Source: Eubacteriales bacterium | GTDB lineage: Bacteria > Bacillota > Clostridia > Oscillospirales > CAG-382 | Assembly (NCBI GenBank): GCA_045532495.1 | Contig: JAZSGA010000042.1 | Coordinates: forward strand, 1-55,544 | Length of the DNA: 55,544 bases | Reading direction: 5' to 3' | Shown: piece after piece, positions 54,392-55,544 of the stretch | Layout: the number at the start of each line of letters is the position of its first letter | How positions within the stretch are numbered: the stretch's first letter is position 1 | Program-made: the position numbers and the translations under genes | Notes under the pieces: generated by a model | Databases searched by the model: none | Told to the model about the DNA's origin: nothing | Seen by the model: the letters and a program-made list of their open reading frames with translations, nothing else

Positions 54392-55544
54392 TTATCTTGT
54401 AAGCTTTTTAACCCATTTATAGCCGTTTACACGAATTGCCGCTGCGGCACATTTGAATATCTGATCGCTGTTGAGGCAGAACACAATGACAAAAGGCTCC
54501 CATTCCAACACAAATGCCGCCACAAAGGAAAGCGGAAGCACAATGCCCCATATGCTTACAAGGTCATTTATAAACACAAACTTTGAATCTCCTCCGCCCC
54601 GTATTATTCCCACAATAACCGGCATTTCGTACGCAGTACCGATACAGGTTACACACAAAACAAGTATAAACTGCTCTGCCATGCGCTCGGTTTCGGGGCT
54701 GAGGTCGTAGCATGAAAGTATGGGATAACGCAACACAAACAGCAATGCGCTTATTATAAGACCGATTATTATAAACATAAGCTGGAGCGTGTTTACATAA
54801 CCCTTAAGTTTTTTGGTATCGCCCTTGCCTATGGTTTTTCCGATAATTATTGATGTGGCGGAAGCCGCACCGACCGATGCCACTTTAAGCACCTGGAACA
54901 GCGTTGTAGCCACGGAATTTGCCGCAATGGCAGACTCGTTCATGTGACCGAGAATAACTGTTTGCAATGCTGTGGAAACGCCGAACATTGCCGCAACTGT
55001 TACAAAGTATCCGCAGCGCTTAAGATAATCGCCAACGTAAGTTTTGTCGGCGTGGATGTAATCGCGGAGAGTTACTTTAAGCTTTTTATCGTAGAACGCC
55101 AGATAGGCAATAACAATACACAGTTCAATAATGCGCGCGGTAAGCGTGCCTATGGCAGCACCTTTAACTCCCATTTCGGGAGCACCGAAGCGACCTTCGA
55201 TAAGAGTATAATTTATTCCGCAATTGATGACAAAGGTAACAATGGATATGTAAAATGAAACCTTTACGGTTTCCACCGATCGCAAAAGCGCCAGCAAAAG
55301 ATTTGTTGCCGCAAAAATAATGTAGGTATATTTTATTATGGAAATGTATTTTACGCCCTCAGCAATTATGGCTTTATCGGGAGTAAAAATACCCACAACC
55401 TTTTCAGGAAAGAAAGCTGCGGCACAAAACAGCGCAATTCCCACACTTATGCCCACAATAAGAGCTCCGCAGGAAAGGGATTTTATGGGCTCTGTGCGCT
55501 TTTGTCCCCAGTACTGACTGCCGTTTACCACCAGTGCATCGGAA
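54392..55544 (-). CDS. MATE-family efflux transporter (5' end outside window)
   Basis: Multi-TM protein. The reading frame is open to the window edge (..SDALVVNGSQYWGQK..). The repeated 6-TM halves pattern is typical of MATE. Confidence 0.8.
   Translation of the reverse strand, partial: SDALVVNGSQYWGQKRTEPIKSLSCGALIVGISVGIALFCAAAFFPEKVVGIFTPDKAIIAEGVKYISIIKYTYIIFAATNLLLALLRSVETVKVSFYISIVTFVINCGINYTLIEGRFGAPEMGVKGAAIGTLTARIIELCIVIAYLAFYDKKLKVTLRDYIHADKTYVGDYLKRCGYFVTVAAMFGVSTALQTVILGHMNESAIAANSVATTLFQVLKVASVGAASATSIIIGKTIGKGDTKKLKGYVNTLQLMFIIIGLIISALLFVLRYPILSCYDLSPETERMAEQFILVLCVTCIGTAYEMPVIVGIIRGGGDSKFVFINDLVSIWGIVLPLSFVAAFVLEWEPFVIVFCLNSDQIFKCAAAAIRVNGYKWVKKLTR

Noticed and set aside
1-55544. 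Looked for CRISPR arrays, tRNA/rRNA genes, IS elements, integrases, prophage genes and known defence-system genes.
   Set aside because: No regularly spaced short direct repeats, no cloverleaf-like intergenic segments, and no transposase, recombinase or phage-like ORFs were seen. The only large repeat is the tandem SBP triplication.

Overview
This is a 55,544-nt chromosomal window. By gene content it looks like a Gram-positive anaerobe of the Clostridia, possibly Ruminococcaceae/Oscillospirales-like (inference only). About 47 densely packed protein genes can be supported, most of them housekeeping or central metabolism. They include the rpmH-rnpA-yidD-yidC-jag cluster (rpmH is missing from the ORF track and was translated by hand at 10578-10712), ribF and ruvX. 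There is a seven-gene aromatic 2-oxoacid operon (TIM-barrel protein, acyl-CoA ligase, iorAB, paaK, ACT protein, aminotransferase) and an rpe-pfp pair. A Re-citrate-synthase/GntR/aconitase/IDH operon has a consensus promoter overlapped by a perfect 22-bp palindrome. Also present are a GH127 gene with its AraC regulator, an orphan ParB-like gene, pdxK, a serine hydrolase and a truncated MATE gene. I saw no rRNA, tRNA, CRISPR array, transposase, integrase or recognisable phage-defence gene. Four regions are not ordinary. (1) 14.5-19.8 kb holds an MBOAT operon with two paralogous DltD/SGNH-like extracytoplasmic partners, each fused to BspA-type LRRs, plus a 3-TM miniprotein; acetyl-esterase genes flank it. 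(2) 28.0-32.6 kb holds three tandem, highly similar lipoprotein solute-binding-protein paralogs with no ABC permease or ATPase nearby. (3) 46.1-49.8 kb is a visibly AT-richer island encoding a 978-aa secreted protein (RCC1-like propeller, unknown ~400-aa helical region, copper-amine-oxidase-N-like domain). It is preceded by a ~200-nt nested-helix leader with terminator/antiterminator logic and followed by gene remnants. (4) Several catalytic-motif or start-site anomalies occur: a PBP5-like protein, a MogA-like protein and an SGNH hydrolase start. All functional calls come from reading motifs by eye; no database search was run.
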